A stretch of DNA of 64,000 nucleotides from Eledone cirrhosa (GCA_964016885.1 OZ024748.1:31620001-31684000); one strand, 5' to 3'. Positions 44,600 through 60,051 are shown, numbered from the stretch's first letter. A program made the numbers and translations. The notes: a model not told the origin generated them from the letters alone.

Positions 44600-47080
44600 A
44601 GAAGAAGTTTATGAAAAGGAAATGCGGGTATAAAGAATTTATTAGGTCACAATTGTTTCTATAGTGTATGGGTTAGCTATACCTCGCTATTTGAATAATA
44701 TAAAAATATTATCATAAACCGAAGGAACACTGCAAGCAAACACACCATGTCGTCAGACCTTTGTATTGGAATGATATGAAAATATGTTATACACTAGATA
44801 AAAGAGAAAGAAGGAGGTAGGAAGAGAAGGGGAAGAGGGAAGTGAGTAAGGGGGAGGGAGTCCTAGCATTTAAGACCGTCAGACTAGTAGAGATTGTAAG
44901 GAGAGAATGTTTTGGCAGCAGTTAGCTTAATGAGGCGTGTTAGGGTTGGCGGGGGAAGTAAATTCTTCTAGTGGTGTTGTTTGGACAAATTTAGTTAAAG
45001 GGGTCAAAGTGGTACAGAGTTACAGACAAGTTATTGGGGCTATTATAGTAGCAGGTTATTTCTAAAGGGGTCCAGAAAACAGTGTTTAGTACTATTATTA
45101 TAGAAAGCCATATCCTGTGTATAAACATATAAAACAGAAATTTGCAAACGGTGGTGTAAAAAGGTAACATTATATGCATTTAAAAAAAGAAAAGGTCGTT
45201 TTCAAACGATGGTTACAGTATAGTGAACGTTCAATTTTGCTGTTCAAAAGTTTGTTTACCGACGTTAAAATGCAGTATATCTCCAAATTGCATAATTTAC
45301 AGAATCGATGATTTTGCTTATATGCAGGCGCAGCGGCAATAATTTGCCAATCAAGGGAGAATGCTTGATTGTTCCTCCGGAGCTGCCAGGCTTTATCGGC
45401 GAGGGTTGTTACGGAGCGCATTTTCTCGTGCCTGATCGAAGATCGATGTTGGTATAGGCGAGCTTTGAAAGAAGTTGCGGTACATCCGACGTAATACCAT
45501 TTGTTGGTTCCGGAATTTATTGTACATCGGTAGACAATATTGCGTGCTAGGCACTGGTTATTCAGTGGGCACGTACCTGGTTTGGTGCAGTTACAATTAT
45601 TTTTATGTTTTGCAGTAGTATCCTGGATAGTTTGGTGGGGTTGTAGTTGCGCGTTAGTGCGTTGTATGTTGCTATGCTGGTGCGCTGAGTCATTAGGGAT
45701 GTACTTATTTAGTATTGCTGAGTTGATTTTTTTTTATTAGTTGTTCTATGTTAGGTGCAGTGGAGTATGAGAGTCTAATGGTGCGCGAGTTAAAGATTTT
45801 ATAGTATTTATGTGAAGTTGTAAAGTGTTTATTGATTAGTGTATATAGAAATATTGTACACGGGGTTATACCATATGTACTCTCTACGTCTGACTCTATT
45901 TGCTGGTTTGCACCTATTAGTATGCCTATTGATGTGTGTGTGTGGTGCAATACTAGTTCGACTTAGATGTGTTTTATTCATAGTACTTATGTGGTTATCG
46001 TCTAGATATTCTATTTTCTCGCAGTAACCAGCTTTTCTAAGTGCGTCATTATAATATTCAGTATGCTCGTTGAAGGTCTGCAAATTAGACGACAGTCGGG
46101 AGATCCTTATGGATATATTTTTAGGGATAGATTTAATAATGGAATGGGGATGGTTCGATTTTTCATTAACGTACTTGAGATTTTCATTAAGTTTGTGAAA
46201 TGGCTCTATATTACCGTTATTAAGGTTGAAGGTGACATCCAAGAAGTTGACCACCTTAAGATTGTGTTCGAAGGTAATATTAAGCCCTAGTTCTAAGAAA
46301 AGTTTCCTAATGTTTTTACGTCGCCTTTCTAGGTTTTGTTTGTTCATATTCTTGACTAATAGAAGTGTATCGTCGCGGTATATTCCGCCGTGGAGGTCCG
46401 TAAATTCGCTCTGGAGTCTGTGGGCTATATAGATCCCAACCAGATCCGTGACCTCCGCCGAATCATTAGAACCCATCGTAATGTCGAATTCCGAGGGTCT
46501 ATCTCTGCGGACCCAATAACTATTTTCAAAATGTACTACTGTGCGTCTAGCTTCAAGTATAATATTAATTTCCTCGTTTGTGAGGTCCGAGTTAGTCTTA
46601 ACGAATGAGAGGGCCTTATGCAGGGTTTCGGGTGAAATAGAGGAATAGTATTCATCTATATCGAATTGAATAAAAGAAGATTTGTTTTTGTCCCTAATGT
46701 TATTGAACCATCTTATTGCCTGTTGAGTATTACCCCATAATTTAATATCTACCTTAGCCTTAACTTGGGGTATAATACGATCTAATATGTACTTACTGAT
46801 TCTACCTATATCGGACTTTGAAAAACATATTAATCTAATTTTAGGGTTAGTATCGAAGTTATCCTTATGGTCCTTCAGACTAAAAGTCGGTGTAGCTGGA
46901 GATAAGGGTACCGTTCTGTCGTCAATTTTCAGTTTCTTAACAATATCACATGCTGCGTTATTAATGTTGGTTAGTGTAGTTGCGTTTGTTTTTTTGTACT
47001 TCCTATGTAATTCCTTACGTATAAAATTATTATATGTTTCAACATCCAGGGTGTATAGATTCGATGTTTTGTCTGCCTTT
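44352..47080 (-). mobile_element. 5'-truncated Penelope-like element (Hydra-clade-like), decayed ORF 47079->45170
   Basis: KADKTSN, LKDHK, FIQFDI, MGSNDSAEVTDLVG, YRDD, CNCTKPGTCPL, YVG, CKLCNLE; 3'UTR with HHR. Confidence 0.88.
44644..44760 (-). ncRNA. Hammerhead (family M), ~90-nt stem II, GUG at cleavage site (probably inactive)
   Basis: AGGU-CUGACGA-C AUGGUGUG..UACACUAU A-GAA-ACAAUUGU-G-ACCU. Confidence 0.72.
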
Positions 47081-47089
47081 ATATATATA

Positions 47090-47312
47090 TATATTTATTA
47101 AAATAACAGATTAAAGTTTAAGCAAAGAATCGCTGCTTTCACCCTTAACGGGATATTCTGAAACTAACAAAGTCAATCTGTAAACGCAGAAGTGGCTATT
47201 TCAAAAAACGTTGCAACCGGAGGAAGACAGGAAGACGATACTTTGGTTCGTGGAAACGTTCCCGGTTGCAACGTGATTTGAAATATCCACTTCTGCGTTT
47301 ACAAATTGACTT

Positions 47313-47316
<4 letters not shown>
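47090..47316. repeat. Hairpin/MITE-like family copy
   Basis: 47158-47316 matches 29683-29842; 47090-47190 matches 53853-53953. Confidence 0.72.
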
Positions 47317-47360
<44 letters not shown>

Positions 47361-47502
47361 TATATGACTATATGTGTATATATATGTCTATATGTATATA
47401 TATTTATATATATGTATATATGTATATATATATATATTTATATATGTATATATATGCATGTATATATATATGTATGTATAAATATATGTATATATAATCT
47501 AC

Positions 47503-47562
<60 letters not shown>

Positions 47563-47601
47563 ATATATATATATATTTATATGTATATATATATGTATAT
47601 A

Positions 47602-47652
<51 letters not shown>

Positions 47653-47727
47653 GTATATATATATGTATATATATATGTATATATAAATATATGTATATAT
47701 ATATATATGTATATATATATATGTATG

Positions 47728-47796
<69 letters not shown>

Positions 47797-47927
47797 GTAT
47801 ATATATATATGTATATCTATATATATATGATTGTATATATATATATATGTATGTATATATATATATATGTTTATATGACTATATATATATATATCTATAT
47901 ATCTATATGTATATATATATGTATGTA

Positions 47928-48044
<117 letters not shown>

Positions 48045-48059
48045 ATATATATATGTATG

Positions 48060-48106
<47 letters not shown>

Positions 48107-48129
48107 ATATATATATGTATGTATATATA

Positions 48130-48195
<66 letters not shown>

Positions 48196-48257
48196 CAAAT
48201 AACGAAACGAAATTAAATTTCGTTTCGCTTCTAACTCACTTTTGTATGACTGACGCT

Positions 48258-48590
48258 TAAACAATTAAGTTAAAGTGTACATCTACATATGTATACGGAA
48301 GTATTAGTATGCATATAAATACACACATGTATACATATGTACATGTACTCAGCTTTTCACTGGACACTTTACAGTGAGTGTCAGCTAGTCTGTATGTAAC
48401 CACACAGGCGGAACTCGTATGACTCTAAAACCCGGTCCGCCTGTGTGGTTACATACAGACTAGCTGACACTCACTGTAAAGTGTCTAGTGAAAAGCTGAG
48501 TACATGTAAATATGTATACATGTGTGTATTTATATGCATACTAATACTTCCGTATACATATGTAGATGTACACTTTAACTTAATTGTTTA
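48258..48590. repeat. ~155-bp-arm near-perfect palindrome
   Basis: 48258-48412 is the reverse complement of 48436-48590. Confidence 0.9.
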
Positions 48591-48594
48591 TATA

Positions 48595-48714
<120 letters not shown>

Positions 48715-48721
48715 AATATAT

Positions 48722-48780
<59 letters not shown>

Positions 48781-49396
48781 ACGGCGATGAATTAGTTTTG
48801 AGAGGTTTTTATATGAAATCGTGTGTCGAAACAAATATTGTTATACTTGGGGAGGGTCATATTTGTGTAATATTGCCAGAATTAATAACAGAACACACTC
48901 ACAGTTTGGTTGTTTTCGCTTTTCGCTTCTGTGTCTTTTATATCGGTAATCTAATTTTTTCGGCCCTCAATGTTGCCATTGACTGACCAGCGGTCAAAAA
49001 TAATACAGATACAATATAGACACAAACACATATATATAGTTTATCAAAGTTCTTTCGTTGCACATCTGCAAATCGTCACTGGTGCTATTGTTTCCTCCCG
49101 TTACATTGTATTTTCTACGCCATCTTTATTTAGTCTGTTTATATATTTATTTATTTATTTATCTGACGATGTTGCAGATGTACAACGAAAGAACTTTGAT
49201 AAACTATATATATTTGTTTGTGTCTATATTGTATCTGTATTATTTTTGACCGCTGGTCAGTCAATGGCAACATTGAGGACCGAATAAATTATATTACCGA
49301 TATAAAGACACAGAAGCGAAAAGCGAAAACCAACCAAACAGTGAGTGTGTTCTTTTATAAATTCTGGCAATATTACACAAATATCACCCTGCCCAA

Positions 49397-49398
<2 letters not shown>
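48781..49398. mobile_element. Solo inverted pseudo-LTR pair related to the 36-41 kb PLE
   Basis: 48781-49160 (-) and 49163-49398 (+) match 37055-37440; no RT. Confidence 0.85.
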
Positions 49399-49470
<72 letters not shown>

Positions 49471-49478
<8 letters not shown>

Positions 49479-50144
49479 AAGTTTGTCCTCATCAGTGGCC
49501 ATCCAACCATCGTAGGCATTTCGTCGCATTAAAGGCCATATACCTCAGGTTGGTGCGAGCAACGGCTAAAAAAAGTCGTTGGGACACGTAAATAAAGGGG
49601 ACGCTAGGGTAAACAAACAAAATGGTTTAAGCAGCAGAAAGTGATGAAGAAGGAAACAAGTCCCAGATTTCTATGAATATAAATTCGGTGGAATCGTGAA
49701 CGAGAGAATAAAGACCATCAAACCTGGTTGAAATGTGAGCAGGGAAGGAATTTCGCACAGGTCTAACGGGAGGAAGAAGGGGTCTGGTCTGCGAATTCGG
49801 TAAACATAAGTTCTGTGAAGTCGCAGACGAGAGAGAGAGAAAAAAATTCATACCGGCTTGGCCAAGTGCGCGCGAGAAAAGGATTACGGACAGGTCAAAC
49901 GGGAAGAAAGGGGAGGAGGAGAGGTAGTGACAGAGAGTGAGTGAGTGAAAGGTGAGGAAGAGGCTAACAGAGAGAGAGACTGCTAGAAAGGGTAAAGACA
50001 CAAAGAACGAAACAGACTGGTGGCAGCGGAGGAAAAAATATATGTGTAAATATGATAATAATGGAGCTGCGGCGCTGCAAATGGGTTACATATGAAAAAG
50101 TTTGTCCTCATCAGTGGCCATCCAACCGTCGTAGGCATTTCGTC

Positions 50145-50145
<1 letters not shown>
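49471..50145 (-). mobile_element. ~618-bp non-coding element with 55-bp terminal direct repeats
   Basis: 49471-49525 is repeated at 50089-50145; TA-flanked. Confidence 0.65.
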
Positions 50146-50169
<24 letters not shown>

Positions 50170-50175
<6 letters not shown>

Positions 50176-52148
50176 TAAGAGGAATTCCAACTTTGTCTGA
50201 TTTACTCGGTTTATTTACAATCCTTTAAAATATATAATGGTATTATAATGAAATAGTATGATAGAATATTAAATTCTAAGTGTTAATTGAACAAGTACTT
50301 TCATGCTTTCGCAATCTTCAGGTTCATAATATGTGGTGACAGTCAAGTTTGCAATTTTCAACTGTAATAAGATGGGAAAATTTCCTACCTTTTATACATT
50401 TTATACAGAGTAAAGTGGCTCCAGAATGCTAAGCCCTGTAAACTGTATTTCGACCAATCAGTGTGTAGTTTCACTGAATTACTAAAGCTGATTGGTTTAA
50501 GCGTCACGGCTGGTTGAGCATGTCTAACGACCAATAATCATATCCAAAGCATCAATTGTTTTGCTATTTTTAGAAATGGTGAAAATAGCATTTTCTATTA
50601 ATCATCACCATCAACATCACTTTTATTATTATTATTATTGTTATTGTTGTTGTTGATGTTGTAGTTGTTGTTGTTGTTGTTGTTGTTAGTGGTCGTAGTC
50701 ATAGTGGTAGTAGAAGTAATACCCCTAAGCGTTATTATTGTTCATTTAGCTTGGGTTTGAATTTATCAATCAAATTCTTTTCTTTGATTTTTCTCTTGAT
50801 TTCACTTGGGCTGTGTAATTTGTAGAATGGGAATATTATAAATATTCCCTGACCACATGTTGCTAGATGGTTACTTAAGGGTATCTGACGGACATTTGGG
50901 TCTCTGATTTGTTGACGGTGTACCCGTGCACGTTCCGATAGTGCATTTCCAGTTTGACCGACATATAGTTCTTCACAATTCGGGCATTTAATGCAGTAAA
51001 TTAGATTTCTGCTTTTGCAGTTCATATTTGCATTTGGGAATATTTTTCCAGTTTTTGTTTTCATATATTGACCGGCGTGTATGGATTGACATGTGCCGCA
51101 TCGACTATCATTGCATTTAGATACAGTGAATGATTGGTCTTTGTTGTTAAGGTCAAACTTTGCTTTTGTTAGTAATTGCTTCAAATTTTTTGGCTATCTT
51201 TTACTAAGAGTCAAAGATCGATCTGTGATTAAGCCTTTTAATTCATTACTTTGAGCAATGATCGGTAGGTTTGCTTTGGCAGTGTTGAAGATATTCTGGT
51301 GACATGGGTTGTGTGTCATTATAAATGGTATGACCAGTTCTTGGTTTCTTCTTCCTTGGGTTGTCCTAAGTTGTTGTATAGGTATTTTTATAGCCCGCTG
51401 TATGCCATTTTCTATAAGTAGAGATGGGTATTTTTGTTTGAGCAAAAATTCTCTTAGTTCTGTTAGGCGTTTGTACCTGGTATTCGTATCTTCTACAATG
51501 GTACAATTTTTTCTGGCTAGGCAGTATGGGATGTTGCGTTTTGTATGAGGTGGATGGCACGACTTAAAATTCAGATATTGATGGGTTTCTGTGTGTTTAT
51601 AATATATATCCGTGGTAATGGTGGTGTCATTTTTGATTATCATTATATCTAGGAATGGTAATTTGGTCCTACTCATCTCTTTTGTGAATTGGCAAGATGG
51701 GTGTAGGTTATTCAGGAGGATATTGAACTCATCCAGAGTATCTAGAGATTCTGTCCGGATGATGAAACAGTCGTCAAGGTATCTCTTCCAAGCTTTTTCA
51801 ATGTACTTTCTAAAGTCAGTACTATATTTTTCCTCTATTTCTTGGTAGAGTTGTTGTTCTAAGTATCCCATTACAGAGTTCGCGTAAACGGGAGCAAACT
51901 TCGTTCCCATCGCTGTGCCTCTAATTTGGATGTAATTCTTTCCATTGAAGAAGAAAGTGTTGTTTTCCAGAATAAGTTTAACTGCGTCTAATATAAATGG
52001 CATTGTGAATCTAATGGGAATCACTTCTCTGTGTTTTTCCACTCAGTATTTAACCGCCTTTATTCCTAAATCATGTGTAATGTTGCTGTAAAGGCTTACC
52101 ACATCAAAACTGAGTAGAAGTGAATTCGTTTCCGTGGTTTTGGGAAGA
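50170..52148 (-). mobile_element. 5'-truncated Neptune-like PLE (RT + GIY-YIG 52148->50735)
   Basis: [68 protein letters not shown]; internal stops. Confidence 0.88.
50288..50326 (-). ncRNA. Minimal type I hammerhead (family N)
   Basis: UGAAC-CUGAAGA-U UGC GAAA GCA U-GAA-AGUACU-U-GUUCA. Confidence 0.85.
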
Positions 52149-52184
52149 TATATATATGTATGTATATATATGTATATATATATG

Positions 52185-52312
<128 letters not shown>

Positions 52313-52472
52313 TATATACACACATATATATATATATACATATATACACATATATATATATATATATATATAGATATATATATAGATACATATATATATA
52401 TCTATATATATATATATATGTGTATATATATATGTATATATATATATATGTGTGTGTATATATATATGTATA

Positions 52473-52558
<86 letters not shown>

Positions 52559-52565
52559 CATATAT

Positions 52566-53150
52566 ATGGTGGCTGCCAACTCGTTTTCGAGTACGGCCAC
52601 TACTTTATATCCATGTAGGAGAACCCCTACCGAAGGGCTGAACGAGTGTGACTTTTTAGTCCAGCCAGCGACTTGAAAACTCTGGTACAAACACTACACT
52701 TGTGACAATTATTGACACATAGTGCTGGGCCCATGGTACCATGTGAGGACAAGTGCAGAGAGATCTCCAGATATAAAGCAATGCCTGTGCCGTGAAGCTT
52801 TTATAGTGAGCAAAGGCACTGCACAAAGCCATTCCCACTCTCTTAACCAGGATGATATTTACCAAAAAGAAGAACAAGTCAACATCATTGGATACCATCA
52901 GGTTTGCAGGTGTTATATCAGAGTTTTCCTTCTCCTAGAATTCTGCCTTGACAAAGGCTAAGGGGTCATCTCTCCCGGTGATTTTGGATGGCCATTGACT
53001 CTTAAGAGCTCCTTTGCCCTTTGACAGGTTTTGTTTTTAGTCCTGCAGGATGTCCAAAGTCACCCTCCTCACCAAGAAACCTTGGTGGGGTTGCCAGTTT
53101 AGTCGCCAAAGACCCGACCATGAGACAGGTTGTACTGGGATACATGCTAC
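52566..53150 (-). mobile_element. RTE-derived non-autonomous element, copy 2
   Basis: Reverse-complement homolog of 13860-14490 lacking the 44-bp duplication. Confidence 0.55.
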
Positions 53151-53390
53151 CGATACTGCCAATCCACAAGACATTCTATCTGACTCAGTAATGTCTCTAC
53201 CAATTCACTTTGTTTATATATAACATATATATATATATGTGTGTGTATGTGTGTGTGTGTGCGTGTGTGTGTGTGTATGCGTGTGTGTGTGGTTGACTAA
53301 CAAGTTTTTCACCTGAAATTTGTTTCCCTTTCATTCTCTTCCTTTCTCTTACCCTCACCTATTTGTTTCTTTTTCTTCTCTCTCATTCTA

Positions 53391-53426
53391 TCTTTTGATG
53401 AAGGACTTACATCTGAAACGTTAAGA
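53391..53426 (+). ncRNA. Minimal hammerhead-like motif (family O), UUGAUGA core
   Basis: UCUU-UUGAUGA-A-GGA/UCU-GAA-ACGU-U-AAGA; followed by a diverged family B fragment (53455-53656). Confidence 0.5.
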
Positions 53427-53723
53427 CTATTTTCCTACTATATCAAGCATTACACTATATCTAATGTTTCTTCTCTCTTCATAATGAACTTTATAGCTCT
53501 GATACTGGTTCAGTCTAATCCATTCGGATTGGATTGTCCTAGTTATTCATAGAGCAACATCGGTTAAGGTTGGCACAATGACCTCAAGGATGGATGTGGA
53601 TATATTCATGTATATGTGTGTGTCCGCATGTATCTGTCTGTTTCTCTATATATTGTATATATATGTATATATATATATGTATATATATATATGTATATAT
53701 ATATATGTATATATATATATATG

Positions 53724-53767
<44 letters not shown>

Positions 53768-54076
53768 GTAATAATAATAAAATTGAAGACTAAAATCCAA
53801 AGAGGGCTCGATAAGGGAAATATATATCAAATATATAAGAACCGAAGAGCAAATATTTATTAAAATAACAGATTAAAGTTTAAGCAAAGAATCGCTGCTT
53901 TCACCCTTAACGGGATCTTCTGAAACTAACAAAGTCAATCTGTAAACGCAGAACTGGATAGTAAGTGCCGTACTAAGAGTGAGAAATGAAATTTCGTTTT
54001 CATTTTATTACAACTATATATATGTATATATATATATATATGTGTATATATATGTATATATATATATATGTATATA

Positions 54077-54117
<41 letters not shown>

Positions 54118-54158
54118 GTATGTATATATATATGTATATATATATGTATATATATATG

Positions 54159-54189
<31 letters not shown>

Positions 54190-54270
54190 GTATATAGATA
54201 TATATGTATATATATATATATATTCATATGTATATATATATGTATATATATATATATGTATATATATATG

Positions 54271-54401
<131 letters not shown>

Positions 54402-54544
54402 ATATATATATATATGCATTTATATATATGTATATATATATGTATATATATATATGTATGTATATATATATGTATATGTATATATGTATATATATATGTA
54501 TATATAGATGTATATATATATATGTATATATATATGTGTGTATA

Positions 54545-54607
<63 letters not shown>

Positions 54608-54697
54608 GTATAGATATATATGTTTATATATATATGTATATATATGTACATATATGTATATATATATATATATGTATAAATATATATATATGTATGT

Positions 54698-54735
<38 letters not shown>

Positions 54736-54748
54736 GTATATATATATG

Positions 54749-54779
<31 letters not shown>

Positions 54780-54814
54780 GTATCTATATATATATATACA
54801 TGTATGTACATATA

Positions 54815-54853
<39 letters not shown>

Positions 54854-54904
54854 ATATATATATATGTATATATATATATGTATGTATATATATATATATG
54901 TATG

Positions 54905-54937
<33 letters not shown>

Positions 54938-54950
54938 GTATGTACATATA

Positions 54951-55040
<90 letters not shown>

Positions 55041-55053
55041 TATATGTACATAT

Positions 55054-55415
<362 letters not shown>

Positions 55416-56367
55416 CCCAACTTGTAGAAAACTTATGAAACAATTGTTTGGAAAGGGAGATATATTTTAATTATGTCTTATATAAAATAATACAACTGGC
55501 CTTCCGCAAAATACATATAGTTAGCACCCCAAACGTAAAATTGGGATTATACTAAGGTATATCCTAATGTTTATTGAGTGAGATGGAAGCCAGTCAGAGT
55601 ATAGCTTAAAGCTTTCTCGGTTAATGTATTGAATATTATACTCTTGATTTGGCCTGAGATGAATACTTACAGATACCTTTTAAGCGTAACTTTCCGTATT
55701 TATTATTACTATGAAATATTGATTGTTATTCTGGTATCATATCTCTGTTTTTAGCTTAAGAAAATACCTATATGCGTGTATAAATAATACATGCATATAT
55801 TTATTTTTTAAAAATCTAATTGAGTTCTTCACACGCAAGCTTAAAATTGTTGAAAAAATTAATTGACGCTCGTGTATATTATTTTGTATCCTTGTGTTTC
55901 GCGATGACCTCCCCTTTCCGCTTGATGACAGTGTGAGATTCCTCATTCTGAGACTGCTGGAATTTTAAATTTGGAGGTCATTCTGATACGGAGAGAGACC
56001 ATCGCTGACATGGGATTAGACATCGGTAAGAGGGTTTTGTTTTATATCGATGTTTGACGGACATCCACTGATGATTTATAAGTGCCCACCTGCATATATT
56101 CCTACGGAATATGTGAAGGCTTCTACATAACCCGGACACATTCTCCCAACTTGTAGAAAACTTATAATGAAACAATTGTTTGGAAAGGGAGATATATTTT
56201 AATTATGTCTCATATAAAATAATACAACTGGCCTTCCGCAAAATACATATAGTTAGCACCCAAACGTAAAATTGGGATTACACTAAGGTATATTCTAATG
56301 TTTGTTGAGTGAGATGGAAGCCAGTCAGAGTATAGCTTAAAGCTTTCTCGGTTAATGTATTGAATAT
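55416..56367 (+). mobile_element. ~729-bp non-coding partial tandem, family P
   Basis: 55416-55635 is repeated at 56145-56367; contains an HHR. Confidence 0.8.
56064..56184 (+). ncRNA. Type I hammerhead (family P) with branched 94-nt stem II
   Basis: UCCA-CUGAUGA-U UUAUAAGU[CAUAUAUUCC/GGAAUAUGUG; UUCUACA/UGUAGAA]ACUUAUAA U-GAA-ACAAUUGU-U-UGGA. Confidence 0.85.
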
Positions 56368-56890
56368 GTATGTATATATATATAGTTAGAGAAGCAAAAA
56401 ATTTGCTTATTGTGATCTAGTTTTTGGTTAAGAAAGCCAGTTTCATGGATGGTTTCAACGTACGGTTAGGGGTAACTCCTTCTTGGCTATCTTTTCTTTT
56501 CTTCTTTCTCACCCCTTCTTTGCTTTTATTTTTGTCATTATTATCTTTATCTTTAATTTATATATATATATATATTTATCTCTTTATATCTCCCGCCCTC
56601 TCTCTCCCTCTCTATCCATCCCTCCCACTATGATCAATTTAATTCTCTTTAACTCACTACATTCCACGACATGAAGTCTGCTATCAAAACTGACCAAGGA
56701 ATCCTTCCACCTCTACCCCTCCCTCCATCTCTGTTTGTCACTCTACTTCCTACCTCTTCCCCCTTCCTCTCTCTCTATACTATTCCGTCTGTCCCCTCAC
56801 CTCCTGATTCCTCTATCTCTATACTAGTAAATACAATTCCAAATAAATGTTTTTCTCTATATATTAAGAATTATTTCAAGAGTAACTTAC

Positions 56891-56992
56891 TATTTTGAAA
56901 ATTTGAACTGTGAACAACAATTATAATTGAGTGGCTGCTATTTGCAGTATAGCAATATAAGTTTGCACTTACCAATGAAACGGCTGTAAATA
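56891..56992 (+). ncRNA. Hammerhead (family Q), UUGAAAA (U3-A8) core, 75-nt stem II
   Basis: UAUU-UUGAAAA-U UUG..CAA U-GAA-AC GGCU GU-A-AAUA. Confidence 0.65.
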
Positions 56993-57200
56993 CCTGGATA
57001 AAATCCTTCTCTTAATGCGTTCCTGTGTTTTCTCTTTTATACTTTATACTCCAAGATTGAACGGAATTCTTACAAACTTGTGGAGTTACCCCTAACCGTA
57101 CGTTGAAACCATCCATGAAACTTGTTTTCTTAACCAAAATCTGGATCACAATAAGAACATTTTTTGCTTCTCTAACTACAGGCTCCTTATCGGTACTACT

Positions 57201-59556
57201 ATGGAAAAGCATTACATAGGTATGTCCCTAAAGAATATTCCTATACCTCGAGAAAGGATTATACTCTCGGGATGATACAGCGAACAAACGACTTTATACG
57301 CAGAGTTAGATGGAAAACTTTCCATTTCGACAAAGGACGTAATGGTCGCACCGTGGAATACAACAAGGAAACATACGGCTTCAAATCGTGTAAAAATCCA
57401 CCTACCAACCCTCAACTGGATGCCTTTGAAGAGAACTTACTGAAGATGATTATAAATATCAAATTCAAAAAGCGGAGGAATAATAAACTCCAGAATGACA
57501 TAAATACATTCCTAAAAAAGCTGCGAACCACCAATGGAATTATTGTCAAAGCGGACAAAACATCAAATGTGTATACGATGGATGTTAATACATACAATAG
57601 CTTCATACGGAAGGAATTACATAGGAAATACAAAAAAACAAATGAGGCGGCACTGATAAACATCAACAACGAGGCACACAATATAGTCAAACACCTAGGA
57701 ATAGACGACAGAACGGAGCCACTTAGGCCATGTACCTCCACATTTAACCTCAAAGACCACAAGGTAAATTTTGATTATAACCCCACAATTAGACTTATAT
57801 GCCCGTCCAAATCGAACATCGGGAAAATTAGTAAACATATATTAGACAGAGTGATAGCACAAATGAAGAATAAACTAGTGATTAAACTATGGGGTAACGC
57901 TACCGAAACAATTAAGTGGTTTAACAATATAGCTAACAAAGAAGTATTTAAATTTATACAATTTGACATTAACGATTATTACTCATCTATATCCCCCAAC
58001 ACCTTGGATAAAGCTTTAGCATTCGCCAAAGCCAATTCTGACATAACAGACGACGAGATAAAAATCAGATTAGCTGCTAGGAAAACAATAATTAAATTTG
58101 AAAACGCCTATTGGGAACGTAAGGATAGATTAAATAACTTTGACATCACGATGGGGGCTAACGACTCGGCTCAAGTCACAGATTTAGTAGGTATTTACAT
58201 AGCCCATAGTTTACAAAGTGAGTTTAGCGACCTTCACGGTGGAATCTACAGAGACGACGCCCTTCTCCTAGTTAAGAACATAAATAACCAGAGCATAGAA
58301 AGACTCCGTAAGAATATTAGAAAGACTCTCAGAAAACAAGGCCTTAGCATAACGTATGAGTATAGCACTAAAACAGTTAACTTTCTAGACGTGACGCTTA
58401 ACCTAAATACGGGACTTATAAGACCTTTTCACAAGATTAATGAAAACTTAGCATACATCAACTGTAACTCAAACCACCCACTATCCATAATTAAATCCAT
58501 TCCAAACAGCATATCCCTTAGGATCTCCCGCCTCTCGTCTAACCGACAAATCTTCGAAGAACATGCAGAATACTACAATACCGCATTAGACAAAGCAGGC
58601 CACTTAGATAGAGTAGAATATATAGATGAAAGCCTCCGTGAAGCGCACACGAACACGCATAACACAAACTCCGGTAACACACGCACACACGCAAACACGC
58701 ATAGAACTGCAAAGTATACGGGAAATAGAAATACAACATCGAAATCAAACAAGTCACGCAGTAGAAAATATATTTGGTATAACCCCATATTAACACCTCT
58801 ATTAGTACTAACCTACCCTCTACCTTCTTTAGAATAATAAATAAGCACTTTCCAGATTCACATAGATACAGCAAAATCCTTAACACTAAATCTATTAGAC
58901 TATCTTATTCCACGTCACCAATTATAGAGGCACACATTAAGATGCTTAACGCTAAAAAGATACATAACAACACCAAAACACAAATTTACAACAATAACAA
59001 TACAATCACCACCGAACACAACAGAATATCTAATACACAACCACCCGCTAATAGGCAAACAAAACGTAACACACTTGTACAGGCATCGCAGCACACAAAT
59101 AATGCCAAAGTTGCCCAGGACAAGAACTGTAACTGCCACCTACCTGAAACCTGTCCATTACATAATGAATGTATGCAGTCTAACATGGTTTACCAATGCA
59201 CAGTGGAATCAGACAACCAGAAATGGTATTACATCGGGGCGACTGGGAATACATATAAAGCCCGTTGGTATACACACCGTTACGCAATGAAACATTCCCA
59301 GGACCGTTATGTAACTACCCTTGCAAACAAGACCTGGCAACTGAGGGAAAGTAGCCATCTATACACCCTGAAGTGGAACAAATTATCGAACGCACCCCCA
59401 TATCGGAGTGGTATGAGAAGCTGTCGATTATGCGACCTTGAGCTGTTCCACATCTTAAGTTCGAAGAATATGTTACTCAACAATAAAATCGAGAGATCAA
59501 TTTATTGTAAACATAGACTCAAAGAGAAGTTTTCGCACTACAAATCGAACCCTTAA
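57201..59556 (+). pseudogene. PLE ORF (RT + CxC linker + GIY-YIG), frameshifts near 57265 and 58790
   Basis: [82 protein letters not shown]. Confidence 0.9.
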
Positions 59557-59677
59557 CCTCTTACTCCCAAATGAGAAACTGCATATACTTAGACTTTATA
59601 CCCTCTTGTTGTATCTAAACCCTTTAATTACCCACAAAACCAATACCTATATCCCCCTATATATATATTATTATTAT

Positions 59678-59744
<67 letters not shown>

Positions 59745-60051
59745 TTTTTATCTCCCCTCTCTCTCTCTCTCTCTATCCATCCATCCCACTATGATCAATT
59801 TAATTCTCTTTAACTCACTACATTCCACGACATCAAGTCTGCTATCAAAACTGACCAAGGAATCCTTCGACCTCTACCCCTCCCTCCATTTCAGTTTGTC
59901 ACTCTACTTCCTACCTCTTTCCCCATCATCTCTCTCTATACTATTCCGTCTGTCCCCTCACCTCCTGATTCCTCTCTCTCTATACTAGTAAATACAATTC
60001 CAAATAAATGTTTTTCTCTATATATTAAGAATTATTTCAAGAGTAACTTAC

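Noticed and set aside
48200-48260. GAAACGAAATT hairpin followed by CTGACGC as a type II hammerhead
   Set aside because: A9 is missing and stems I and II do not pair convincingly.
55916-55962. TTGATGA plus hairpin as a second HHR in family P
   Set aside because: No GAAA or UH site after the hairpin.
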